The notes below the pieces were generated by a model, which was not told the DNA's origin, did no database searches, and saw only the letters and a list, made by a program, of their open reading frames with translations. Positions 39,175-47,799 of a stretch of 64,000 bases of DNA are shown one piece after another. Each line of letters opens with the position of its first letter. The first letter of the stretch is position 1. The stretch is from Verrucomicrobiales bacterium (GTDB taxonomy: Bacteria > Verrucomicrobiota > Verrucomicrobiia > Verrucomicrobiales > Verrucomicrobiaceae): positions 30,378 to 94,377 of the forward strand of contig JBBRNC010000008.1 of NCBI GenBank assembly GCA_038230495.1, given 5' to 3'. The translations under genes were made by a program, and so were the position numbers.

Positions 39175-41024
39175 CACTCTACGGTCACGCTCTTGGCTAG
39201 GTTTCTGGGCTTGTCCACATCGCAACCGCGCGCTACGGCGACGTAGTAAGCCAGAAGCTGCAACGGGATCACGGTGAGGAGCGGGCTGAGAATGGACGGG
39301 CACGATGGTATGTAGATGACATCATCGGCGATTCGTTCAAGTTTCGTCTGCCCCTCAGTCGTAATTGCGATGACCGGACCCTTTCGCGCCTTGACCTCCT
39401 CGATGTTGCTCATGTTTTTATCGAATACCGCATCATCTGGCGCTATGAACACGCTGGGCAATTCCGGTTTCACCAAAGCGATGATGCCGTGCTTCAATTC
39501 CGCGCTGGGATGGCCGCTGGCATAGATGTAGCTGATTTCCTTCATCTTCAGCGCACCCTCCATGGCCACGGGATAATTGTTCTGCCGGCCCATGAAAAGC
39601 ATGCCCTCAACGTGCGCGTATTTGTTCGCGATCTCGCGGATGCGATCTGCCTGTTTCAGAATGGAGGCGATCTTATCGGGAATGGTCTCCAGTTCGTCAA
39701 TCATGTCCAGGCCGTCGGTGGTGGACAGATGATGGATGCGGCCAAAGAGCAGCCCCAGCAGAGTGAGCACCGCGACCTGGGAAGTGAAACTTTTCGTCGC
39801 TGCCACTCCAATTTCTGGTCCGGCATGGATGTAGATGCCGCCGTCCGTCTCGCGCGCGATGGTGCTGGCGACGTTATTGACGATGCCGAGAACTTTCATG
39901 CCCTTGCGCTTCGCCTCGCGCAACGCAGCTAGAGTATCAATCGTCTCGCCACTCTGGCTGATGACGAACTGTAAAGTGTTCTTATCCGTGGGCACGTTGC
40001 GGTAACGGAACTCGCTGGCGAACTCCACCTCGGTGGGAATGCGCGCGAGCGACTCCATGAGATACTCCCCGACCATGCACGCATGATGTGCCGTGCCGCA
40101 GCCGCTAAAAATGATGCGCTCGATGCGCCGCAGTTCGAGCGGAGACATCTGCAAGCCACCCAGCACTGCCGTGGCCTCCTCACGCGAAAGACGCCCGCGC
40201 ATGGCATTGCGCAGCGAGACCGGCTGCTCGTAAATTTCCTTGAGCATGAAATGCTCGAAGTCGCCCTTCTCCGCTTCCTCCTCACTGAAATCAACTCGGC
40301 TCACCAGCACATTCGCCACACCGCCTTCCAGCGATTGCACCTCAAAAGTATCTCGCCGTAGCGTAACAATGTCGTAGTCATTCAGATAAATCACATCGCG
40401 AGTGTGGGCGACGATAGCAGACACATCACTGGCGAGATAATTCTCACCCTGGCCCAAGCCGATCACCAAAGGGCTGCCAAGCCTCGCACCCACGATCACA
40501 TCCGGCGCATCCACATGAATCACGGCGATGCCATAAGTTCCCTTGATCTTGGCGAGGGCGTTTTGCACGGCAGACACCAACCTTTGAACAGGTTCCTTCT
40601 CGACTGATGAATCATAATTCGCCCCTATCAAATGAGCGAGCACCTCAGTGTCAGTCTCCGAAGTGAAGACATGCCCGTCGGCTGCCAAGCGTTCGCGCAG
40701 CGTGATATAATTTTCAATCACTCCGTTGTGAACCAGCGCCAGATTGCCCGACTGGTCACGATGCGGGTGCGCGTTTTCATCAGTGGGTGCTCCATGTGTG
40801 GCCCAGCGGGTGTGACTAATTCCAACATCGCCCTGCGGCTGACGCTCAGCCACCATCTGTCGCAAATTTTCAATCCGTCCGGCGCGACGCAGCACTTCAA
40901 GCTTTCCCTCATGCTGCAAGGCCATCCCCGAAGAATCGTAGCCGCGATATTCCAGACGTCGTAATCCATCCAGAAGAATGGGACTCGCCTGCCGTTTGCC
41001 GATATATCCGATGATGCCGCACAT
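39174..41024 (-). CDS. glmS: Glutamine--fructose-6-phosphate aminotransferase
   Basis: MCGIIGY Ntn-amidotransferase start, two SIS domains, C-terminal KSVTVE; ORF track start 41060 trimmed to the catalytic Cys2 Met. Confidence 0.95.
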   Translation of the reverse strand: MCGIIGYIGKRQASPILLDGLRRLEYRGYDSSGMALQHEGKLEVLRRAGRIENLRQMVAERQPQGDVGISHTRWATHGAPTDENAHPHRDQSGNLALVHNGVIENYITLRERLAADGHVFTSETDTEVLAHLIGANYDSSVEKEPVQRLVSAVQNALAKIKGTYGIAVIHVDAPDVIVGARLGSPLVIGLGQGENYLASDVSAIVAHTRDVIYLNDYDIVTLRRDTFEVQSLEGGVANVLVSRVDFSEEEAEKGDFEHFMLKEIYEQPVSLRNAMRGRLSREEATAVLGGLQMSPLELRRIERIIFSGCGTAHHACMVGEYLMESLARIPTEVEFASEFRYRNVPTDKNTLQFVISQSGETIDTLAALREAKRKGMKVLGIVNNVASTIARETDGGIYIHAGPEIGVAATKSFTSQVAVLTLLGLLFGRIHHLSTTDGLDMIDELETIPDKIASILKQADRIREIANKYAHVEGMLFMGRQNNYPVAMEGALKMKEISYIYASGHPSAELKHGIIALVKPELPSVFIAPDDAVFDKNMSNIEEVKARKGPVIAITTEGQTKLERIADDVIYIPSCPSILSPLLTVIPLQLLAYYVAVARGCDVDKPRNLAKSVTVE

Positions 41025-41086
41025 GAAGTGAAAACTTAATGCCGAATTGAGAAGGGTCAAATTGCCGCTCGAGTTTGTAATATAAA

Positions 41087-42427
41087 TTGACGCGCGAATT
41101 CAACTCCGCATCATCCAAAATCATGATAATCTGGAAAGGCCGTGGTCTATTAATTCTACTATTTGCTGCACTTGGCGCCATGGCCTTTGCCGCAGCGTTT
41201 AAAGCCATATCACATGGCCCCCTAAGCGAATGGAATACCGTCGCGGGTATGATTGGAGCAAGTGTCGGAATCTGGGTATGCGCCATGACAGTTTGTAAAC
41301 CTAACCAACAAACATTTCTCGATCCAGCAACGCGCAGTCCGATCGTTCTCAAGCGCACACATGACCTCTATTTTCTATCTGCTAGGAGTTGGGCGATCCT
41401 GATCAGCCTTGTTACAGTGGCCACCATTATGCTCACTTTAGCAGCGGTTTCGCCGCTGAATAAACCTGCTGAACCGTCATCTTTATCGGGCAAGACCACA
41501 TCTGAATTTACTAATGCCAATAGACTGATTGATATTTATAAAGACAAAGTCGCGCACGGCAACACAGCCGCAGCAGAGAGCCTCGCAGAAGTGTTTGCAA
41601 CGAATCTCTCCAGCCTGCGCGATGAAGCCATTAGTAAAGGCCGATCATCCTCCTTTTCGGCGACCAAGGGACGCTTTCTTACTTACTGTCACATCGCTGG
41701 TAATGGTGTGTGCTTCATGGTTCATGTGCCTGAACTGCGCAAATTTAAGACTGACGCAAAAGACGCTATCGCCCAGCTTGCCTGGATAGTCGCGAGTGCA
41801 GCCGCCAAAGAAATGAACCCTCCAGCAACTAGGATTGCGATAGGAATTCGTGGCGCGATTCTCTACGACCGCACATGGGTAGGGACTCCTGTGAAAGATA
41901 TTGATAATCCCGAGGCCACCATTCAGAGCCGCTCTAGCGATTCCGATGATGCTAAAAACTTGCTATCGGATTTCCTCGTTGAAATTGAGAAAAGAACTCC
42001 TCCAGTTTTGGAAACCACGCCAATATCTAGTCCTGGAAAGAAGAAACCAAAATTGGTGAAATCCAATTCTCCAACTTCAACTGTTGTCGAAACGGTTAAA
42101 ACTCCTGTCACCGCCGTTGTTGTTCCAACTCCTATTGCAACAACTGAGCCAAAGCCAACACCCGCAACCGCGCCGGAAGTCCCATCAATAACGCCACCTC
42201 CTGCACCGCCAATTCTACCCACCGCCGTCCGTGAATGGAATGACAGTGCGGGACGACCCTTGAAAGCGTCACTGGAACGATTCACTTCACCGGCTTGCGA
42301 CACGGCAGAATTCAAGCGAGAGGACGGTCAAGCGTTTCAAATTTCTGTCAGTAAATTTTCTCAGAAGGACCAGGATGACATCAATAAAATTGCTGAGAAG
42401 GTGAAGGCTGAGCAGAGCGGAAAGTAG
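41087..42427 (+). CDS. Membrane protein with Pro/Thr-rich linker and C-terminal SHD1-like module
   Basis: Several N-terminal TM helices, TPVTAVVVPTPIATTEPKPTPATAPEVP linker, C-terminal REWNDSAGRPLKASL...SKFSQKDQDDINKI; start uncertain. Confidence 0.45.
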   Translation: MTREFNSASSKIMIIWKGRGLLILLFAALGAMAFAAAFKAISHGPLSEWNTVAGMIGASVGIWVCAMTVCKPNQQTFLDPATRSPIVLKRTHDLYFLSARSWAILISLVTVATIMLTLAAVSPLNKPAEPSSLSGKTTSEFTNANRLIDIYKDKVAHGNTAAAESLAEVFATNLSSLRDEAISKGRSSSFSATKGRFLTYCHIAGNGVCFMVHVPELRKFKTDAKDAIAQLAWIVASAAAKEMNPPATRIAIGIRGAILYDRTWVGTPVKDIDNPEATIQSRSSDSDDAKNLLSDFLVEIEKRTPPVLETTPISSPGKKKPKLVKSNSPTSTVVETVKTPVTAVVVPTPIATTEPKPTPATAPEVPSITPPPAPPILPTAVREWNDSAGRPLKASLERFTSPACDTAEFKREDGQAFQISVSKFSQKDQDDINKIAEKVKAEQSGK

Positions 42428-42435
42428 AACCATTC

Positions 42436-43734
42436 TCAAAAGCTTTTCCACGCGCGAAAACACTCGACGAATCCGCTGGCGAAGTCCTGTGGTCTTGCGG
42501 TGATCCAGGTGGCGATCTGATCAGGCTTGAAGAATGCACCGCTCGCGATTTCATCGGGCGCGAAATTCATTGGGCCGTTGTGCTGTGCGCGATGAAGCTC
42601 GACGAACTCCCAGCCAGTTTTTTGGGTCGCAGGAATCTTCGCGATGCATTGCGTCTCAGCTTCGATGCCGAGTTCCTCTTTCAATTCCCGCACGGCTGCG
42701 GTCGCATAGTCCTCGCCCGCATCGAGATGACCGGCGGCGCTTGAGTCCCAAGCCAGCGGATGCACATCCTTCAAATGCGAGCGCTGTTGCAGCCAGAGTT
42801 CGCCGTGTTTGTTGAAGACAAAAATATGCACGGCGCGGTGAATGAGATTTTTTGCGTGGACTTCGCCTCGCGGAGCCTGGCCGGTAACTTCATTGAGTTC
42901 GTTCACCACATCAAACATCTCGCTGGCCTTCTGACCGCGATCTTCCTCATGCCGTCCTTCATAGTGTCGCGTGAGCTGAACCCACTCAGCGAGTGAAAGC
43001 TCCTCGGCGCGGAGCATGGGCGTCTTCCCAAGTTCGGCAAACAGCGGCTCCCATCCGTCGGGCGGCGGTGGCATAACATTTTTTAATTGCTTCCTTCTCT
43101 GGGAAAATGCCACACGCACGAGACGGTCGAAGACCTTGCGATCAAACACTGGCAGCGAGCCTGTGGCGCGCGGTGTGAGTCGAACGACGGCAGAATCCAC
43201 TCTCGGCCTAGGTTTGAACGCTTCCGGCGGCACTACACGCAGCACTTCGACATTCCAATGCTGTTGCACCAACAAGCTGAGTGCGCCGTAGCCATCCTGC
43301 CCGCACTGGGCAGCTAGCCGATCACACACTTCCTTTTGTAACATGAAGACCGCCTCGTTCACTGGTGTGGGCGAAGCTAGAAAGCGGCGCAGAATGGGCT
43401 GTCCCATTGAGTAGGGAAGATTGCCGATGACTTTCAGTCCTCCGAATCGAAAGAGTGGTCGCAAATCATAGCTCGTGGCGTCGCCATGCCAGACTTCTAC
43501 ATCGGCACGCCTGGAATACTCGACGTGCAAATTGTCGGCGAGAAAATTATCTTTCTCGATGAGCAACAACTTCTCACAACGGCCCACGAGATATTTCGTC
43601 AGCGCTCCCTGCCCCGGCCCGATCTCGATGACCAACGGTGCACCATCAGGCCGGATTTGATCCGCGATCCAGCGCGAGATGCTTTCATCGAGCAGGAAAT
43701 TCTGCCCGAGACTTTTCTTGTGAACAAATGACAT
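42436..43734 (-). CDS. rsmA: Fusion protein: 16S rRNA (adenine1518/1519-N6)-dimethyltransferase KsgA/RsmA plus C-terminal NUDIX hydrolase
   Basis: N-terminal LGQNFLLDESI and EIGPGQGALT SAM motif of KsgA; C-terminal NUDIX box GHLDAGEDYATAAVRELKEELGI; a single uninterrupted ORF; start set at MSFVHKK. Confidence 0.75.
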   Translation of the reverse strand: MSFVHKKSLGQNFLLDESISRWIADQIRPDGAPLVIEIGPGQGALTKYLVGRCEKLLLIEKDNFLADNLHVEYSRRADVEVWHGDATSYDLRPLFRFGGLKVIGNLPYSMGQPILRRFLASPTPVNEAVFMLQKEVCDRLAAQCGQDGYGALSLLVQQHWNVEVLRVVPPEAFKPRPRVDSAVVRLTPRATGSLPVFDRKVFDRLVRVAFSQRRKQLKNVMPPPPDGWEPLFAELGKTPMLRAEELSLAEWVQLTRHYEGRHEEDRGQKASEMFDVVNELNEVTGQAPRGEVHAKNLIHRAVHIFVFNKHGELWLQQRSHLKDVHPLAWDSSAAGHLDAGEDYATAAVRELKEELGIEAETQCIAKIPATQKTGWEFVELHRAQHNGPMNFAPDEIASGAFFKPDQIATWITARPQDFASGFVECFRAWKSF

Positions 43735-43816
43735 CGCGGAGACTCGCGCAGAGAAAGGCGTGAAGCAAATCCAGCGAGCAGGTAACGCCATACACGCGCT
43801 ACTATTTATACTCCAT

Positions 43817-46570
43817 TTATGAGATCAACTTCCGTGCTTCAGCGAGCGCGGCATCGACCTTCGCAACATCTTTACCACCGCCTCGCGCGAAGTCTGGTTT
43901 GCCGCCGCCTTTGCCACCGACAATGGGCGCAATGGCTTGGATGATCTTGCCGGCTTGCACCTTAGCTTGGTGCTCTTTTGAGACGGATGCAATCAAGGCG
44001 ACGTTGCTGCCGCCAGTGGTCGCGAGCACGACGATGCCGTTGAAGTTGCCTTTCAAGGCATCGCTCACGGCGACGGCGTAATCGGCATCGACATCGCCGA
44101 GATTCACGATGATGGCGTTGTTCTCGGCTTTGCTCAGGAGGTCTTTCGCTCGGCCTGCGGCTTCGCGTTGTTGCGCGGCCTTGAGCGTCTTCTCGAGTTC
44201 CTTCTGCTGCGTAAGGAGTTGATCGAGCTTCTTTTCGAGATCAGCCGCGCCTTGTGCACTCACTTTTCCAGCAAGAAGTTTTATCAACTCCGCATCGGCA
44301 CGCGCGGCGTTGTAGGCTTCGAGTCCGGCGATGGCTTCGATGCGGCGCACACCACTCGCGACGGCGCTTTCACTGACGAGGCGGAACAGGCCGATCTCAC
44401 CAGTGCTTCTCGTGTGAGTGCCGCCGCAGAGTTCCATGCTGTATCCATTGAGCTTGTGCGGCTGGCCGCCGATCTGCACGACGCGGACGAGGTCTCCATA
44501 CTTCTCGCCGAAGAGCGCCATGATGCCGGGATTGGCCTTGGCTTCGACGTAGGGGACTTCGCTCCAGGAAACAGATTCGTTGGCGACGACGCGTTCGTTA
44601 ACGAGACGCTCGATGTCGGCGATTTGCTGCGCGGTGAGTGCGGCACTGTTGAAGTCGAAGGTGAGCTTGTCGGGCGTGACGCTGGAGCCTTTCTGCGTGG
44701 CGTCCTTGTTCACCACTTCATGCAACGCCCAATGCAAGATGTGCGTGACAGTGTGGTGGCGCTCAATGGCGTGACGACGCGGCGCATCGACGAAGAGTTT
44801 CACCGTGGCATCGACGGCAGGAGCTTCATCACCTTCGAGGAAGTGCAGCCAGGTGTTGCCGACTTTGGTGGTGGCGCTGATCGGATAGGTGTTCGCGCCA
44901 AGGATGAGCTGGCCGCTGTCGCCGATCTGCCCGCCCATCTCGGCGTAGCAAGTGGAGACATCGAGCACGATAGCGGTCTTGTCCTTCATCTCGACGACCT
45001 CGAGCACTTTTACATCAGCTTCGAGCGTGTCGTAACCGATGAACTTGGTCGGCGCCTTGGTCTCGATTTCACTGACGGAGACGACTTGCTTGTTCTTCTT
45101 GCCGGCTTCGCGCGCCATGGCCTTTTGCTTCTCCATGAGTTCGTTGAAGCCATCGACATCAACTGTGAGACTGCGCTCGCGAGCCATGAGTTCAGTAAGG
45201 TCGAGCGGGAAACCTTGCTCGTCATAAAGTTTGAAGGCGAAAGCACCATCAATGGTTTTCCCAGAGTTGGCCGCATCTTCAAACAACGAGATGCCTTTAT
45301 CCAAGGTCCGATTGAAACTCTCCTCTTCCACCTTCAGCACCGCTTTGATCTGCTCCTTCTTCGTCCGCACTTCGGGGAACACATCGCCCATCTGCGTGGC
45401 GAGAACATCGACGAGCTTGTAGAAGAACGGTTCTTTGAACTCGAGCGTGCGGCCATACTTCACGGCGCGGCGGAGGATTCTTCTCAGGGTGTAGTTGCGG
45501 TCGGAGTTGCCGGGCTGGATGCCGTCGGCGATGGCGAAACTGAGGGTGCGCAGGTGGTCGGCGATGACGCGGAAGGCGACATCGATTTTCTCCTGCTCGG
45601 TCACGGGCACGACGTGGCCTTGCTCATTGGCCTTGGGCAGCGTGCTCGCATAGGTCTTGCCGCTGAGCTTGGTGAGTTCGTCAAAGATGGGTTTGAAGAC
45701 GTCGGTGTCGTAGTTGCTAATCTTCGTGTTCTCGAAGTCGGTGAAGTTCTTCGTGCCTTGGATGATGCTGCACACGCGCTCGAAGCCCATGCCGGTATCG
45801 ACGTGCTGCGCAGGCAGCGGGACGAAGCTGCCGTCGGGGTTGGCGTTGTATTGAATGAAGACGTTGTTCCAGATCTCGATGCAGCTCGCATCGCTGCCGT
45901 TGACCAACAGGGCACCAGCACGCTGGCGATCTTCATCGAGCGCGATGGGGCCGGGGGTGAGGTCGATGTGGATTTCAGTGCACGGGCCGCAGGGGCCGGT
46001 GTCGCCCATCATCCAGAAGTTGTCCTTCTTATTGCCGTTGACGATGTGGATGTCGGGATCGAGACCGATGCTGCGGAATTTTTCGGCCCACATGTCCCAA
46101 GCTTCCGTGTCACGCTCGGCGGGGTCGTTTGGACCGGGATGGTAGATGGTGGCGAACACGCGGGTCGGTGGGAACTTCCAGCGCTCGATGATGAGTTCCC
46201 AGGCCCAAGAGATGGCGTCTTTTTTGAAATAATCACCGAAGCTCCAGTTGCCGAGCATCTCGAAGAGCGTGTGGTGGTAGGTATCAAGGCCCACGTCTTC
46301 GAGGTCGTTGTGCTTGCCGCCAGCGCGAATGCATTTCTGTGTGTCCGCCGCGCGAGTCGGCAATCCTTTGTGCAAGACGCCGGGCCAGGTATCCACATCC
46401 GCACTGCGCTCGCCGAGGAAGATGGGCACGAACTGATTCATGCCTGCATTGGTGAAGATGCGCGCGCCATCGCGGCTGGTGTAGCCGACGTTGTCACTCG
46501 GGACGATGGTGTGTTGCTTCTCTTTGAAGAAGTCGAGGAAGCTTTGCCGGATTTGCGCGGAGGTCATCAT
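43817..46570 (-). CDS. alaS: Alanine--tRNA ligase
   Basis: Class II core, editing-domain HxxxH-CxxxH region (HTVTHILHWALHEV...CGGTH), C-terminal DHHA1; 917 aa. Confidence 0.95.
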   Translation of the reverse strand: MMTSAQIRQSFLDFFKEKQHTIVPSDNVGYTSRDGARIFTNAGMNQFVPIFLGERSADVDTWPGVLHKGLPTRAADTQKCIRAGGKHNDLEDVGLDTYHHTLFEMLGNWSFGDYFKKDAISWAWELIIERWKFPPTRVFATIYHPGPNDPAERDTEAWDMWAEKFRSIGLDPDIHIVNGNKKDNFWMMGDTGPCGPCTEIHIDLTPGPIALDEDRQRAGALLVNGSDASCIEIWNNVFIQYNANPDGSFVPLPAQHVDTGMGFERVCSIIQGTKNFTDFENTKISNYDTDVFKPIFDELTKLSGKTYASTLPKANEQGHVVPVTEQEKIDVAFRVIADHLRTLSFAIADGIQPGNSDRNYTLRRILRRAVKYGRTLEFKEPFFYKLVDVLATQMGDVFPEVRTKKEQIKAVLKVEEESFNRTLDKGISLFEDAANSGKTIDGAFAFKLYDEQGFPLDLTELMARERSLTVDVDGFNELMEKQKAMAREAGKKNKQVVSVSEIETKAPTKFIGYDTLEADVKVLEVVEMKDKTAIVLDVSTCYAEMGGQIGDSGQLILGANTYPISATTKVGNTWLHFLEGDEAPAVDATVKLFVDAPRRHAIERHHTVTHILHWALHEVVNKDATQKGSSVTPDKLTFDFNSAALTAQQIADIERLVNERVVANESVSWSEVPYVEAKANPGIMALFGEKYGDLVRVVQIGGQPHKLNGYSMELCGGTHTRSTGEIGLFRLVSESAVASGVRRIEAIAGLEAYNAARADAELIKLLAGKVSAQGAADLEKKLDQLLTQQKELEKTLKAAQQREAAGRAKDLLSKAENNAIIVNLGDVDADYAVAVSDALKGNFNGIVVLATTGGSNVALIASVSKEHQAKVQAGKIIQAIAPIVGGKGGGKPDFARGGGKDVAKVDAALAEARKLIS

Positions 46571-46732
46571 GGGGCGGGCATTGAAAACCAGAATGCGCGG
46601 GTGCTCAAGGCATTGTTCTTGCTTGTGAAGGTTGCTTGGAGCAGTAAGATCGAATCATGCTGCTGGCATTCAAGATGCTGGAAACTCTCCAACGAATCGA
46701 AGCTAAACAAAAATAACCTGCATAATAAAACT

Positions 46733-47142
46733 ATGAGCACACTAGAAGACCAATCCAATCAGAGCGCACCGTCCACCCCTCCTGCGGTATCAACCGGAGG
46801 CAGCTTGAGTAAGAATGAGCAGAACATGGGAATGCTGTGTCACCTTCTGGCACTGTCGGGTTTCCTCATCCCCTCGGCAATCTCATTGGTCCGCTTGTCT
46901 TGTGGTTGGTGAAAAAGGAGGAGATGCCCTTCGTCGATAGCCAAGGTAAGGAGTCGCTGAACTTTCAGATCACGACCTCGATCTTTGCTGTTGTAGGATT
47001 TTTACTGTGCTTTGTCCTCATCGGATTTCTGGTTCTGCCTCTGGTTCTGATTTTCGATCTCGTCTGTGTCATTCTTGCTTCCATCGAGACATCCAATGGC
47101 AAGCCCTATCGTTATCCGTTCTGCATTCGCCTTATCAAATAA
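46733..47142 (+). pseudogene. DUF4870-family small membrane protein gene split by a -1 frameshift
   Basis: Frame-2 ORF MSTLEDQ...MLCHLLALSGFLIPS... ends at 46912; frame-1 continuation ...PLGNLIGPLVLWLVKKEEMPFVDSQGKE... matches the contiguous DUF4870 consensus; shift lies near a CCCC run at about 46871. Confidence 0.5.
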
Positions 47143-47156
47143 AGGCTGGGCACTTA

Positions 47157-47779
47157 TGAAACTGACCGCCATTCTCACCTCCATCCTCATCGCCACCGCC
47201 CACGCCGGCAGCCCTGCCATCATCTTCGATGGTGAAACGCTCAAAGGTTGGGAGGGTGACACGACACTGTGGCATGTGAAAGATGGCGCGATCACCGCCG
47301 GCTCGCCGGATAAAAAGCAGGAGCGCAATGAGTTCCTCAGCACGAACAAAAGCTACGGCGACTTCGAGTTGCATCTGAAGTTCAAGCTCGAAGGCGATCC
47401 CAAGACTGGTTTCGTGAACAGCGGCGTGCAGTTCCGCAGCGAGCGTCATGCCGACGGTCACGAAATGATCGGTTATCAAGCCGACATCGGTGATCCGAAA
47501 TACTGGGGCGCACTCTATGACGAGTCACGTCGCAAGAAGGTGCTGGCGGAGCCGGACATGACCAAATTGGAGCCAGAGCTGAAGCGCAACGACTGGAATG
47601 ATTTAACGATCATCTGCCGGGGCGCGAACATCAAAATCATCATCAATAACGTGACCACTGTGGACTACACAGAAGAAGACAAAAGCATTCCGCTGACCGG
47701 AAAGATCGGGCTGCAAATCCACGGCGGCGCAAACACTACGGTGTCCTTTAAGAACATCATGATCGCCACTTTGAAGTGA
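47157..47779 (+). CDS. Secreted DUF1080 (3-keto-disaccharide hydrolase-like, LamG-fold) protein
   Basis: Signal peptide; IFDGETLKGWEGD...WHVKDGAI...NEFL...GNSGVQFR...IGLQIHGG pattern typical of DUF1080; ORF track start 47066 trimmed. Confidence 0.7.
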
Positions 47780-47799
47780 CTGCTGGCGCAGCCCGGAGG

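Noticed and set aside
44168-46912. 914-aa ORF on the plus strand
   Set aside because: Antisense to alaS for most of its length; only its last ~59 codons correspond to the real DUF4870 N-terminus
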